Shown here: positions 37,962 through 47,159 of the stretch, piece by piece
Numbering within the stretch: the stretch's first letter is position 1
Layout: each line of letters opens with the position of its first letter
Assembly (NCBI GenBank): GCA_943356495.1
Contig: CALRFF010000001.1
Coordinates: forward strand, 193,012-257,011
Direction of reading: 5' to 3'
DNA: 64,000 bases
Source of the DNA: Candidatus Nomurabacteria bacterium
GTDB taxonomy: Bacteria > Patescibacteriota > Minisyncoccia > Phycocordibacterales > SBAW01
The notes under the pieces: generated by a model
What the model saw: the letters and a program-made list of their open reading frames with translations, nothing else
Database searches by the model: none
Told to the model about the DNA's origin: nothing
Position numbers and translations under genes: made by a program

Positions 37962-38141
37962 ATGCCACAGGCAAAAGAATTCTACCGGGCTGAGGACTTG
38001 GCCAAAAAGCTCGACATAAACATCATGACCATCTACCGCTACATCAAGGCGGGCAAACTCAAGGCGCACAAAATAGGCAAGGAGTTCCGTATTGACCAGG
38101 CAGAGTTTACCCGCTTCCTCAAATCGACCCGCACGAAATAA
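37962..38141 (+). CDS. Excisionase-family HTH (HTH_17/MerR-like) protein, 59 aa (below ORF-track cutoff)
   Basis: FYRAEDLAKKLDINIMTIYRYIKAGKLKAHKIGKEFRI. Confidence 0.9.
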   Translation: MPQAKEFYRAEDLAKKLDINIMTIYRYIKAGKLKAHKIGKEFRIDQAEFTRFLKSTRTK

Positions 38142-38143
38142 AT

Positions 38144-39124
38144 ATGGCTCAAAAAATATTAAACAAAAACCTAAATAAGGCGAGCAAAGAAAAGAAAGAC
38201 GAGTTTTATACTCAGATTATCGATATTGAGAAAGAACTGAAGCATTACAGAGATCAGTTTCGGGGCAAGGTGGTTTTCTGCAACTGCGACGACCCGAAAG
38301 AAAGCAACTTCGTAAAATATTTCAGCAGGAGTTTTGAGCACTTGAGGTTAAAGAAATTGATCGCAACACACTATAAAGACGCAAACCTATTTACTGACGA
38401 GTCGCCATACAAACTGGAATACACAGGCGATAAAAATGGTAATCGTATGCCTGACCCAAGTGAGTTTATGACCGAGATGATTGGTACTGGCGATTTTCGT
38501 AGTGAGGAATGTGTAGAGCTGCTAAAAGAGGCAGATATTGTCATAACGAACCCGCCGTTTTCGCTCTTTCGTGAGTATGTTGCGCAGCTGATGGAACACA
38601 ACAAGAAATTTCTAATTCTTGGTAATCAAAATGCCATAATCTACAAAGAAATTTTTAAGTTTGTAAAAGAAAATAATATGTGGCTTGGGTATGACAATGG
38701 TGGCACAAAATGGTTTCAAGTTCCTACAGACTACGACATACCGACTGAGTCCAGAATAAAAGTTGAAAACGGCATTAAGTTTTTCAGCATGGGGAGCATA
38801 ATGTGGTTTACAAACCTCGACACCACAAAGCGGCACGAGGAACTGATTTTGTATAAGAAATATACACCAGAAGAATATCCAAAATATGACAATTATGATG
38901 CGATTGAAGTATCAAAATTTCTTGATATTCCCATGGACTATGCTGGGGTAATGGGCGTACCGATTACTTTTCTCGACAGATATAATCCTGAACAATTTGA
39001 AATTGTAGGATCAAACCGGGGTGTGGACCAAGACCCGAATGGAGTCTACGGGCGAGGCTCGTTCTTAAATGGTAAGGAAACCTTCAAACGTTTGTTTATA
39101 AAAAATAAGAAGGTAAAAAAATAA
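38144..39124 (+). CDS. Adenine-specific DNA methyltransferase, EcoRI family
   Basis: KKDEFYT, VFCNCDDP, GDFRSEEC, ITNPPFSLFREY, MGVPITFLD. Confidence 0.92.
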   Translation: MAQKILNKNLNKASKEKKDEFYTQIIDIEKELKHYRDQFRGKVVFCNCDDPKESNFVKYFSRSFEHLRLKKLIATHYKDANLFTDESPYKLEYTGDKNGNRMPDPSEFMTEMIGTGDFRSEECVELLKEADIVITNPPFSLFREYVAQLMEHNKKFLILGNQNAIIYKEIFKFVKENNMWLGYDNGGTKWFQVPTDYDIPTESRIKVENGIKFFSMGSIMWFTNLDTTKRHEELILYKKYTPEEYPKYDNYDAIEVSKFLDIPMDYAGVMGVPITFLDRYNPEQFEIVGSNRGVDQDPNGVYGRGSFLNGKETFKRLFIKNKKVKK

Positions 39125-39125
39125 T

Positions 39126-40217
39126 ATGAAAATTGATCTACATAAAATTCCTGTACGCAAAGTAGTCCTTGGATACAAAGACAGTGCTGAAGAAGGCGTG
39201 GTGGCTTATGGCGGCAAGCTTGATATTCGCCCAAAGTATCAGCGAGAGTTTGTTTACAAAGGCCATCAGCGTGATGCCGTCATTGAGACAGTTAAAAATG
39301 ACTTTCCTCTCAACGTAATGTACTGGGTAAAAAAAGATGATGGTAATTACGAGGTTTTGGACGGACAACAGCGAACTATTAGCATCGGGCAGTATGTAAA
39401 TGGAGACTTTTCACTTAATGATCGGTTTTTCCATAACTTGACCGACGAGGAACAAAAACAGATTTTAGATTATGAACTCATGATCTATTTCTGCGAAGGC
39501 ACAGATAAAGAGCGGCTGGACTGGTTTAGGATTATTAATATTGCAGGAGAAAAACTCACCGAACAAGAGCTTCGCAACGCGGTATATACCGGCCCGTGGC
39601 TTTCTGATGCAAAACTTAAATTCAGCAAAACAAATTGCGCGTCGTATCTTTTAGCAAATGATGGCGGCCAATTAGTGAGCGGCTCGCCAATTCGACAGGA
39701 GTATCTTGAGACCACACTTTCGTGGATTAACGACGCCAAGATTGAAGATTATATGGCTAAGCATCAGCATGACAAAAATGCTGAGAAGTTGTGGCAATAC
39801 TTTCGTGATGTCATCGCGTGGGTACGAAAGACATTTACGAATTACCGTAAAGAAATGGCGCACGTAAATTGGGGTGAACTATACAACCAATTTAAGGAGA
39901 AAAAACTGAGCCCTATAAAACTGGAGGCCGAGATTAAAAAGTTAATGCAGGACGAGGATGTTACAAAAAAATCTGGTGTTTATCCGTATGTTTTGACGAG
40001 ACAAGAGAAGTATCTATCTATCCGTACTTTTACTGACAAAATGAAGCGCGAAGCGTATGAGAGACAAAATGGTGTTTGCCCTTTCTGTAAGAAAAGATAC
40101 GACATTTCTGAAATGGAAGCAGATCATATTACACCTTGGCACGAAGGGGGCAAAACAATAGCTAAAAATTGTCAGATGCTCTGCAAACAAGATAACCGGA
40201 CAAAGTCGGGAAAATAG
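39126..40217 (+). CDS. DUF262 (ParB/Srx-like) + HNH endonuclease
   Basis: RPKYQREFVY, EVLDGQQR, INIAGEKLT, CPFC...EADHITPWHEGGKTIAKNCQMLC. Confidence 0.9.
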   Translation: MKIDLHKIPVRKVVLGYKDSAEEGVVAYGGKLDIRPKYQREFVYKGHQRDAVIETVKNDFPLNVMYWVKKDDGNYEVLDGQQRTISIGQYVNGDFSLNDRFFHNLTDEEQKQILDYELMIYFCEGTDKERLDWFRIINIAGEKLTEQELRNAVYTGPWLSDAKLKFSKTNCASYLLANDGGQLVSGSPIRQEYLETTLSWINDAKIEDYMAKHQHDKNAEKLWQYFRDVIAWVRKTFTNYRKEMAHVNWGELYNQFKEKKLSPIKLEAEIKKLMQDEDVTKKSGVYPYVLTRQEKYLSIRTFTDKMKREAYERQNGVCPFCKKRYDISEMEADHITPWHEGGKTIAKNCQMLCKQDNRTKSGK

Positions 40218-40222
40218 CCCAC

Positions 40223-41749
40223 ATGAAAGCCATCATCCTTGCCAGAGTTTCGACCGAAGAGCAGCGGGACGCGGGTAATTCGCTCCCTGCTCAGATCGAG
40301 CGCTTGCAGGACTACTGCAGACGGAAGGGGCTGGATGTAATAGAAAAGTTTAGCTTCGACGAGAGCGCCTACAAAACAAAGCGCGATGAGTTTGACGATA
40401 TTCTCAAAAGCATCGAGCAAAACAAAGACAAGGTAGCGGTATGCTTCGATAAGGTAGACCGCTTTTCGCGCAATGTGTTTGATAAACGTGTTGCAATGCT
40501 CTATGACCTCGCGATGGCAGACAAGATCGAGTTGCATTTCGCCTCAGATAACCTCGTCATCACCTCAAGCATATCTGCCGTTGAGAAGTTCCACTTTGGA
40601 ATCAACCTTGGGCTTGCAAAGTACTACTCGGACGCAATCAGTGACAACACACGCCGGGCCTTTGAAAATAAGCGGCGCAATGGCGAATGGACCGGCAAAG
40701 CGCCTATCGGATACAAAAACATTCAGGATGACAAAGGAAATAAGGACATCGTACTTGATGAGGAAAGGGCGCATCTCGTGCGCCGTATCTTTGAGCTGTA
40801 CGCGACCGGCAACTACTCCATCAAGAAAGTGCGGGACCAGATTACAAAAGACGGCCTCTTGAGCACTCAGGAAGGAAAGCCGCTCGCATTAAGCATGATC
40901 GAGTACATCCTTAAAAACCCCTTCTACCATGGTATGGCTCGATCTACACGCGAGACATACGAACACAAGTACTTGCCGCTCATCACAAAGCAACTTTTTG
41001 ACCAATGCCAGCAGGTTCTACAGAGCTGGGGCAAAAAGCAGTTTCAATACGCGGCCAAGCCGTACATCTTCCGCGGCTTGTTGCGCTGCGCTCGCTGTGG
41101 CTGCTCTATGAGCCCTGAAACGGCAAAGGGTAAGTATGTCTACTACGCCTGTTCTAACGGCAAAAAGGATATATGCGACACGAAGGTCTATGTGGCTGAG
41201 AAGGACCTCCTAAAGCCCATATACGCCATCCTGGGCGCTTTGGACAAGCTCCCGCAAGAGAAGATAGACGAGGTAGTCGAGGGGCTTAAAAAGTCGCACG
41301 AGTCAAAACAGGCGTACCACGGCAATGCTCTTACTGGGTTACGCAAAGAGTACGACATGCTCCAACAAAGGTTGGACAAAATGTACCTGGACCATCTCGA
41401 CGGGCGTATTACTCAGGATGCGTATGACAAATATCTGCAACAGTTTAAAGGACGACAGCAGAACATCAACCTACTCCTTAGCGAGCATACTGATGCAGAC
41501 GAGAGCTATATAATCGCGGCTACTACAGTGTTAAATCTGGCTAAGAGGGCTTTGAGCTTGTTTGAAAGTTCCGAAGTCTTGGAAAAGCGGGCGCTTTTGA
41601 ACTTTTTACTTCAGAACTCAACCGTGGACGGCAAAAAGCCTTGCTACGCCTTGCGTTCTCCTTTTGACGCTATACTCGCTTTCGCTAAACGACCAACTGG
41701 GCTGCCAGACTTGGATTCGAACCAAGATACACTGCTCCAGAGGCAGTAG
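40223..41749 (+). CDS. Large serine recombinase (integrase)
   Basis: ARVSTEEQ (catalytic Ser), DRFSR, APIGY, ILKNPFYHG, zinc ribbon CARCG..YYAC..C, coiled coil; last 15 codons antisense to tRNA-Gln. Confidence 0.95.
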   Translation: MKAIILARVSTEEQRDAGNSLPAQIERLQDYCRRKGLDVIEKFSFDESAYKTKRDEFDDILKSIEQNKDKVAVCFDKVDRFSRNVFDKRVAMLYDLAMADKIELHFASDNLVITSSISAVEKFHFGINLGLAKYYSDAISDNTRRAFENKRRNGEWTGKAPIGYKNIQDDKGNKDIVLDEERAHLVRRIFELYATGNYSIKKVRDQITKDGLLSTQEGKPLALSMIEYILKNPFYHGMARSTRETYEHKYLPLITKQLFDQCQQVLQSWGKKQFQYAAKPYIFRGLLRCARCGCSMSPETAKGKYVYYACSNGKKDICDTKVYVAEKDLLKPIYAILGALDKLPQEKIDEVVEGLKKSHESKQAYHGNALTGLRKEYDMLQQRLDKMYLDHLDGRITQDAYDKYLQQFKGRQQNINLLLSEHTDADESYIIAATTVLNLAKRALSLFESSEVLEKRALLNFLLQNSTVDGKKPCYALRSPFDAILAFAKRPTGLPDLDSNQDTLLQRQ

Positions 41750-41772
41750 TCCTACCATTAGACGATCTGGCA
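41702..41772 (-). tRNA. tRNA-Gln(CTG)
   Basis: TGCCAGA..TCTGGCA acceptor, ACTGC-CTCTGGA-GCAGT anticodon arm, GGTTCGAATCC. Confidence 0.95.
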
Positions 41773-41795
41773 ATACACAGGAACGATATCAAACA

Positions 41796-42713
41796 TTACT
41801 CGACAGGACAAACCCTCCGGTCGCGCGAAAGTGCTGTGGGGATTTCGCGAACGCCGACCACCCCCGCGGGCGAAAACTCAAGCTCCACCAATAGTCCGCG
41901 CATGACCTCGGCCGAAAAGTATTGATCAAAGATAAAATTACCGAGCGAGTAGTACACCGGCACCCCTTTGTAAGCCTCGTTATTTTGTACTACATGCGGA
42001 TGCGAGCCGATAACCGCTATTGCACCCGCATCGACAAACTGGTGCGCAAGCACCACGACCCGTGGGAGTGCGGTGGTTTCGTACTCAATGCCCCAGTGGG
42101 CAAACACAACGGGCATCCTCCCTTTACTTTTTGCAGCTGCAATCTGCGCAAGCGTAGTCGAAGCCTCGCCCCCAAACTCGTTGTACCCGATAAACGACAA
42201 TCGTATGCCGCGCACATCCAACTCCGCCACGGTGGGGACCCCGGGCTCCCCAAAATATTTCACTCCGGCACCGTCAAGCCAGTATTTTGTCGACTCAACG
42301 CCGGCGGTGCCGAAGTTTTCGATATGATTGTTGCCCATACTTACGACATCAATGCGATGCTTTTTAAGCAACGTGGCGGTCGACGTAGGGAAAGTAAAGG
42401 TTGTGTTGTAGCGGCTCCCCGGCGCAGAACCAACGCTCAGAGACTTACTTTCGGTAATCGGCCCTTCAAGATTGGCGACGACAAGGTCGTAGCCTTGCAA
42501 TGTCGAGTCGATGCACTCAAACAAATAATCGCCGCCGTACTGCTCGGCATGCTCACGCAAAGAACGGTCAAACAGCATGTCGCCGGCAAAGAGCACGGTT
42601 GCCCGCGGCTCCAGCCGGAAATACTGCACAAACGCCTCGCGCGACGGCATAAAGGCAAAAGCTGCCACCATTACGGCGACTGCTGCCCCGAGGGCTATGA
42701 GCGCGCGGCGCAT
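41796..42713 (-). CDS. CapA family metallophosphatase-like protein
   Basis: AGDMLFDR, ANLEG, GNNH, HWGIEY, GSHPHV, YSLGNFIFDQ. Confidence 0.92.
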   Translation of the reverse strand: MRRALIALGAAVAVMVAAFAFMPSREAFVQYFRLEPRATVLFAGDMLFDRSLREHAEQYGGDYLFECIDSTLQGYDLVVANLEGPITESKSLSVGSAPGSRYNTTFTFPTSTATLLKKHRIDVVSMGNNHIENFGTAGVESTKYWLDGAGVKYFGEPGVPTVAELDVRGIRLSFIGYNEFGGEASTTLAQIAAAKSKGRMPVVFAHWGIEYETTALPRVVVLAHQFVDAGAIAVIGSHPHVVQNNEAYKGVPVYYSLGNFIFDQYFSAEVMRGLLVELEFSPAGVVGVREIPTALSRDRRVCPVE

Positions 42714-44332
42714 GCCTTAACAAATGCTACAAACAACGGATGCGGTGAAAGGGGGCGGCTGAGAAACTCCGGGTGAAATTGCGTGCCTAAAAAGAACGGG
42801 TGCTCTGTTGCAGGGAGCTCGGCTATCTCCATGAGCGTATGGTCGGGCGACGTACCGCTAAATACCAACCCTGCGTCCTCTATTTTTTTAATATACTCGG
42901 GGTTGACTTCGTAGCGATGGCGGTGGCGCTCGGCAATTTCTTTTTTACCATACGCGGCTTGCGCAACTGTCCCCTCTTTGAGTGCACACGGGTAGGTGCC
43001 GAGGCGCATCGTGCCGCCGTAGTCTGCCTTGAGCATCTTGTCTTTTTGGTCGGGCATGATGTCGATGACCGGATGTGCCGCGTCTTTGTTAATCTCGGCG
43101 GTGGTGGCACCCGCGAGCCCCGCTTTGTTGCGCGCATACTCGATAACGAGGAGTTGCATGCCGTAGCAAAGCCCGAAGTACGGCACTTTGTTTTCGCGCG
43201 CAAAGTTAATGGCGGCAATAATCCCCTCTACCCCGCGGGAGCCAAAGCCTCCCGGCACCAACACGCCGTCAAAGTTTTTAAGTTCTGAAAGTTTACTCGC
43301 ATCGGTTTCGTACACCTCGGAGTCGAGGTAAGAAATTTTAAGTTTGGCGTCTTGCGCATAGGCCGCGTGTTTAAGCGACTCCAAGACCGAAATGTAGGAG
43401 TCGGCCAATACAAAAGCCCCAGTCTCGAAATATTTCCCTACGACCGCAATCTTCAATTCTTTCGTGCCGTTTTTGCTTTTTTGCACAAAGGCCTCCCACT
43501 CGCTAAGGTCGGTCGGGCGCTTGGGCAAGCCGAGCACATCACACAACGTGTCGCCAAGCCCGTCCTTTTCGTAATTAAGCGGCACGTCGTAAATGCTGCT
43601 GACGTCCGGCGCCGAGATAACCCGCTCGGGCGATACGTTGCAAAAGAGCGCTATCTTTTCTTTGCGCTTGTCGTCGAGCGGCACTTGAGCACGCGCCAAA
43701 ATAATGTCGGCCTGCAACCCGACCGAGTTAAGTTCGCGGCTGGCGTGCTGGGTAGGTTTGGTCTTCATCTCGCCGATGTTGCCCGGTATCGGCAGGTAGG
43801 AAAGCATGACGATAGCGACGTCTTTAGGAAATTTGTGCTTAAGCATGCGCGCCGCCTCGAGAAACAAAATGTTTTCGTACTCGCCGATGGTGCCGCCGAC
43901 CTCGATGAGCGTTATCTCCGCACCGGCTACTCTTTGCGCCTCCTGTATGCGACGGATAACCTCAAGCGGTACATCGGGCACCACCTGCACGTTGCGGCCC
44001 TTGTACTCTAAGTTGCGCTCGCGGCGTATGACCTCTTGATACACGCGGCCGGTCGTCATGTAGTTGATGCTCGGCAAGGTCTCCCCCAAAAAGCGCTCGT
44101 AGTTGCCCATGTCTTGGTCGGTTTCGTAGCCGTCTTCAAGTACAAAGACTTCGCCGTGCTCGGTCGGGTTCATGGTGCCGGCGTCGACGTTGATATACGG
44201 GTCGATTTTTATCGCCGTTACTTTGAACCCTTTGGATTTTAAAATCCGCCCGATGGCGGATGAGGCGACCCCTTTGCCGATGCCCGACATGACTCCGCCC
44301 ACGACAAAAATATATTTCGGGTCCGCGGCCAT
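42695..44332 (-). CDS. pyrG: CTP synthase
   Basis: GGVMSGIGKG, KIDPYINVDAGTM, KTKPTQH, GLCYGMQ, QFHPE. Confidence 0.98.
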   Translation of the reverse strand: MAADPKYIFVVGGVMSGIGKGVASSAIGRILKSKGFKVTAIKIDPYINVDAGTMNPTEHGEVFVLEDGYETDQDMGNYERFLGETLPSINYMTTGRVYQEVIRRERNLEYKGRNVQVVPDVPLEVIRRIQEAQRVAGAEITLIEVGGTIGEYENILFLEAARMLKHKFPKDVAIVMLSYLPIPGNIGEMKTKPTQHASRELNSVGLQADIILARAQVPLDDKRKEKIALFCNVSPERVISAPDVSSIYDVPLNYEKDGLGDTLCDVLGLPKRPTDLSEWEAFVQKSKNGTKELKIAVVGKYFETGAFVLADSYISVLESLKHAAYAQDAKLKISYLDSEVYETDASKLSELKNFDGVLVPGGFGSRGVEGIIAAINFARENKVPYFGLCYGMQLLVIEYARNKAGLAGATTAEINKDAAHPVIDIMPDQKDKMLKADYGGTMRLGTYPCALKEGTVAQAAYGKKEIAERHRHRYEVNPEYIKKIEDAGLVFSGTSPDHTLMEIAELPATEHPFFLGTQFHPEFLSRPLSPHPLFVAFVKACAARS

Positions 44333-44342
44333 TACTTGTTAT

Positions 44343-45269
44343 TTATATCTTGAGATACCGCCGTACCGCAAGGAAGGATGCTACCCCGCCCAGCAGCACT
44401 CCCGTGCCCACAATAACCAAGAAAAAGAAGGGAAAATGGCTTAGATAATAGCTAAATACATTAACCCCGCCGAAAAATTGCGCGGTAGCATTGCCCACCC
44501 ACCAGGTAAGCGGATAAAACAGGAGGAGCGTAATAACCCCTGCGACCAGCCCGTAGAGTACACCCTCGATGATAAACGGCGCGCGGATAAAAAATGCCGA
44601 GGCGCCCACAAGGCGCTGCACCTGTATTTCCTCGCGGCTGCTGTATATAGCAAGCCGCAGCGTGTTAAGGGCGATGGCAATGGTCGTAAGGATAAAGACA
44701 ATAAGCGCCACCAAGCCTATTTTTTGCGCCGAGGCCGTGACGTTTTGGAGGTTTACCAGCGCGTCGTGGTACTTTTGGTCGTAAAAGTTAATCTTGTCGA
44801 CCACCGATGCCGCGGCGCCCGAGTCGACCTGTGTTTTAAGAAAGCCTGCAATAGAGTCGTAGGCGGAAATATCTTTAGCGGTGATGGTGAGTTTTGCGCC
44901 GAAGGGGTTGCCCACCTCGCCGAGCGATTGGATGGTCAGCTGGTCGTCGGCAAACCGGTCTTTAAACGCCACCAGCACATCCTCGCGGTTTTGATACGTG
45001 ACCGACTGCACTTCGGGCAAGGCCTCAATAGAGGCCTTAAGGTTAAGTACCGACTCTTCAGAGGCGGTGGTCTGCATGGTGACGCTCATGTTGGCTTTGT
45101 CCTGCAGCTGGGTAACCGTGGTGTTAACTATGACACTGGCAAACATCGCCACGCCGATGATAAAAAGCGTAAAGACCAGCATGAGTATCGACGCCACCGA
45201 CACAAAGCCGTTGCGCCAAAAGTCGAGCAGGCCGGCGCGGAATATGCGTTTAACCGTAAGCAGGTTCAT
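44343..45269 (-). CDS. ftsX: Cell division permease FtsX
   Basis: RNGFVSVAS, NTLRLAIYSSREEI, LVGAS..FIRAPFIIEG. Confidence 0.93.
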   Translation of the reverse strand: MNLLTVKRIFRAGLLDFWRNGFVSVASILMLVFTLFIIGVAMFASVIVNTTVTQLQDKANMSVTMQTTASEESVLNLKASIEALPEVQSVTYQNREDVLVAFKDRFADDQLTIQSLGEVGNPFGAKLTITAKDISAYDSIAGFLKTQVDSGAAASVVDKINFYDQKYHDALVNLQNVTASAQKIGLVALIVFILTTIAIALNTLRLAIYSSREEIQVQRLVGASAFFIRAPFIIEGVLYGLVAGVITLLLFYPLTWWVGNATAQFFGGVNVFSYYLSHFPFFFLVIVGTGVLLGGVASFLAVRRYLKI

Positions 45270-45350
45270 GATCTAGTGTAGTGAGGAATAAAAATTCATT
45301 TTTATTACGAACGGAACGACGGGCATATGAGACGAAGTGCTCATATATAG

Positions 45351-46031
45351 TTACAGTATATACTTCCCTTCTTTGTCGTCGCGGACCAGCTTGCCGCGGT
45401 CCATCGTTATGACGCGCTTTTTGAGCCCGTCAATAACGCCCTTGTTGTGGGTCGTTAGGATAATGGTGGTCCCGAGGTCATTGATCTTTTTTAAAATCTG
45501 TACGATTTCGAACGTGTTGACCGGGTCGAGGTTGCCGGTCGGCTCGTCGGCGACGATAACGTCCGGTTGATTGACAATGGCGCGCGCAATGGCGACACGC
45601 TGCTGCTCGCCGCCGGAAAGTTCGCCCGGGAAGTTATTGAGCTTGTCGGAGAGGTCTACCAGCTCGAGCACGTGCGGCACGTCGGAGCGGATTTCCTCTT
45701 CCCCGCGGCCGGCGGCCTCCATGGCAAAGGCCACATTTTCGTACGCGGTTTTATTGGGGAGCAAACGGAAGTCCTGAAACACGGTGCCTATTTTGCGGCG
45801 CAGCGCGTTCATTTTGCTTAGGGGCAGTTCGTGCACGTTGATAGACTCAAAAAAGACCGAGCCGCTACTCGGCTTTTCTTCGGCGAGCAGCATCTTTACC
45901 AGCGTCGTTTTGCCCGCGCCGGAGTGCCCGACGATAGAGACAAACTCCCCCGGCTCAATGCTGAAGCTGACGTCCTCGAGTGCAGTAGAGTTATCGGCGT
46001 ATATTTTGGATACGCGGTCGTAATAGATCAT
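45351..46031 (-). CDS. ftsE: Cell division ATP-binding protein FtsE
   Basis: GHSGAGKTT, VFQDFRLL, LSGGEQQRVAIARA, ADEPTGNLDP; adjacent to ftsX. Confidence 0.95.
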   Translation of the reverse strand: MIYYDRVSKIYADNSTALEDVSFSIEPGEFVSIVGHSGAGKTTLVKMLLAEEKPSSGSVFFESINVHELPLSKMNALRRKIGTVFQDFRLLPNKTAYENVAFAMEAAGRGEEEIRSDVPHVLELVDLSDKLNNFPGELSGGEQQRVAIARAIVNQPDVIVADEPTGNLDPVNTFEIVQILKKINDLGTTIILTTHNKGVIDGLKKRVITMDRGKLVRDDKEGKYIL

Positions 46032-46043
46032 TGGCAACGCTCC

Positions 46044-46907
46044 TTATTGTACCAAAAACGGTTCGAGCTCGCCATCAAGTACCGCCTCGGCATCGCGTAC
46101 TTCGACCCCGCTGCGGTGGTCTTTAACGAGTTTATACGGATGAAGGACATAGGAACGGATTTGGCTCCCCCACTCGATCTTGCCTGCCGCCACCGAAAGG
46201 TCGGAAATTTTTTCTTTACGCTCTTCCTCAAGCCGGCGCAGGAGTTTGGCGGTAAGTATTGCAAGCGCTTTTTCTTTGTTGGCGCCTTGGGTGCGCTCGC
46301 CGTCGACGTGGGCGCTGAGCCCTGTGGGTACATGCACAATGCGCACCGCGGTCTCGCGTTTGTTGACGTTTTGGCCGCCGGGGCCGCTGCTGCGCGCGAC
46401 CGTAATCTCTAACTCTTTTTCGTCGAGCTCTATGTGGGCAACTTTGTGGAGCACGGGCAGCACTTCCACCAACACAAACGAGGTTTGACGCTTTTGGTTG
46501 GCGTTAAAAGGAGAGATGCGGACAAGGCGGTGCACGCCGTACTCGTTTTTGAGCGTGCCGTATACGTTTTTGCCTTCAACTTCGACCGAGGCGTTGCGGT
46601 ACCCGCCGTGGTCGTTTTTATTTTCGTGCAGGACCTTCATGCCCCACCCTCGCTTTTCGGTAAACTTGCGATACATGGCAAGCAGCATCGCGGCAAAATC
46701 CTCGGCATCATCGCCACCGGCACCCGCAACAAGACCGAGCACCGCCCCGCCGCGTTCGTACGCGTCGCCGCCCTCCGCCTCATCTTTAAGCTGCCGCAGC
46801 TCTTTAACAATAGCCTGCGCGCTTTGCGGCTCGCTCCAAAAGTCCGGCCGTTGCATGGCCGCTTCTATCTCTGCAATACGCGCCTGCTTGTCTTGTGTGT
46901 CGGCCAT
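46044..46907 (-). CDS. prfB: Peptide chain release factor 2 (short form)
   Basis: GVHRLVRISPF (SPF), GPGGQNVNK, WGSQIRSYVLHPY. Confidence 0.92.
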   Translation of the reverse strand: MADTQDKQARIAEIEAAMQRPDFWSEPQSAQAIVKELRQLKDEAEGGDAYERGGAVLGLVAGAGGDDAEDFAAMLLAMYRKFTEKRGWGMKVLHENKNDHGGYRNASVEVEGKNVYGTLKNEYGVHRLVRISPFNANQKRQTSFVLVEVLPVLHKVAHIELDEKELEITVARSSGPGGQNVNKRETAVRIVHVPTGLSAHVDGERTQGANKEKALAILTAKLLRRLEEERKEKISDLSVAAGKIEWGSQIRSYVLHPYKLVKDHRSGVEVRDAEAVLDGELEPFLVQ

Positions 46908-46908
46908 A

Positions 46909-46984
46909 TGGAGCCAGAGGTCGGGATTGAACCGACGACCCCTTCATTACGAATGAAGTGCTCTACCAACTGAGCTACTCTGGC
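46909..46984 (-). tRNA. tRNA-Thr(CGT)
   Basis: GCCAGAG acceptor, CTTCA-TTCGTAA-TGAAG, encoded CCA. Confidence 0.95.
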
Positions 46985-46985
46985 G

Positions 46986-47058
46986 AGCCGAAGGCCGGAA
47001 TCGAACCGGCGACCTACTCCTTACCATGGAGTTGCTCTACCATCTGAGCTACTTCGGC
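46986..47058 (-). tRNA. tRNA-Thr(GGT)
   Basis: GCCGAAG acceptor, ACTCC-ATGGTAA-GGAGT, GGTTCGATTCC. Confidence 0.95.
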
Positions 47059-47159
47059 GATGTAAGGAACAGTAGCGCATGTGCGTCTAATTTTCAATGG
47101 ATTTTCATGTACAACCGACTTTATGGGTTCTTCATCTATGGCGCGGTAAGGTGGTTGGT

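Larger units (their letters stand above)
31733..41705. mobile_element. ~10 kb integrative element in tRNA-Gln(CTG) 3' end (LSR + Rep + xis + RM cargo)
   Basis: LSR abuts and reads into the tRNA; GCTGC-N6-TGGA occurs at both 31733 and 41701; Rep and excisionase inside. Confidence 0.75.

Noticed and set aside
31733-41705. Prophage
   Set aside because: No capsid, terminase, tail, lysis or Zot-like inovirus morphogenesis gene is recognisable.
45270-45350. Two small hairpins between ftsE and ftsX as an ncRNA
   Set aside because: AT-rich short stems with no recognisable family; too weak to support.
46044-46907. Programmed frameshift in prfB
   Set aside because: The tRNA lies directly upstream, leaving no room for a first ORF, and no CTTTGA site is present at the 5' end.
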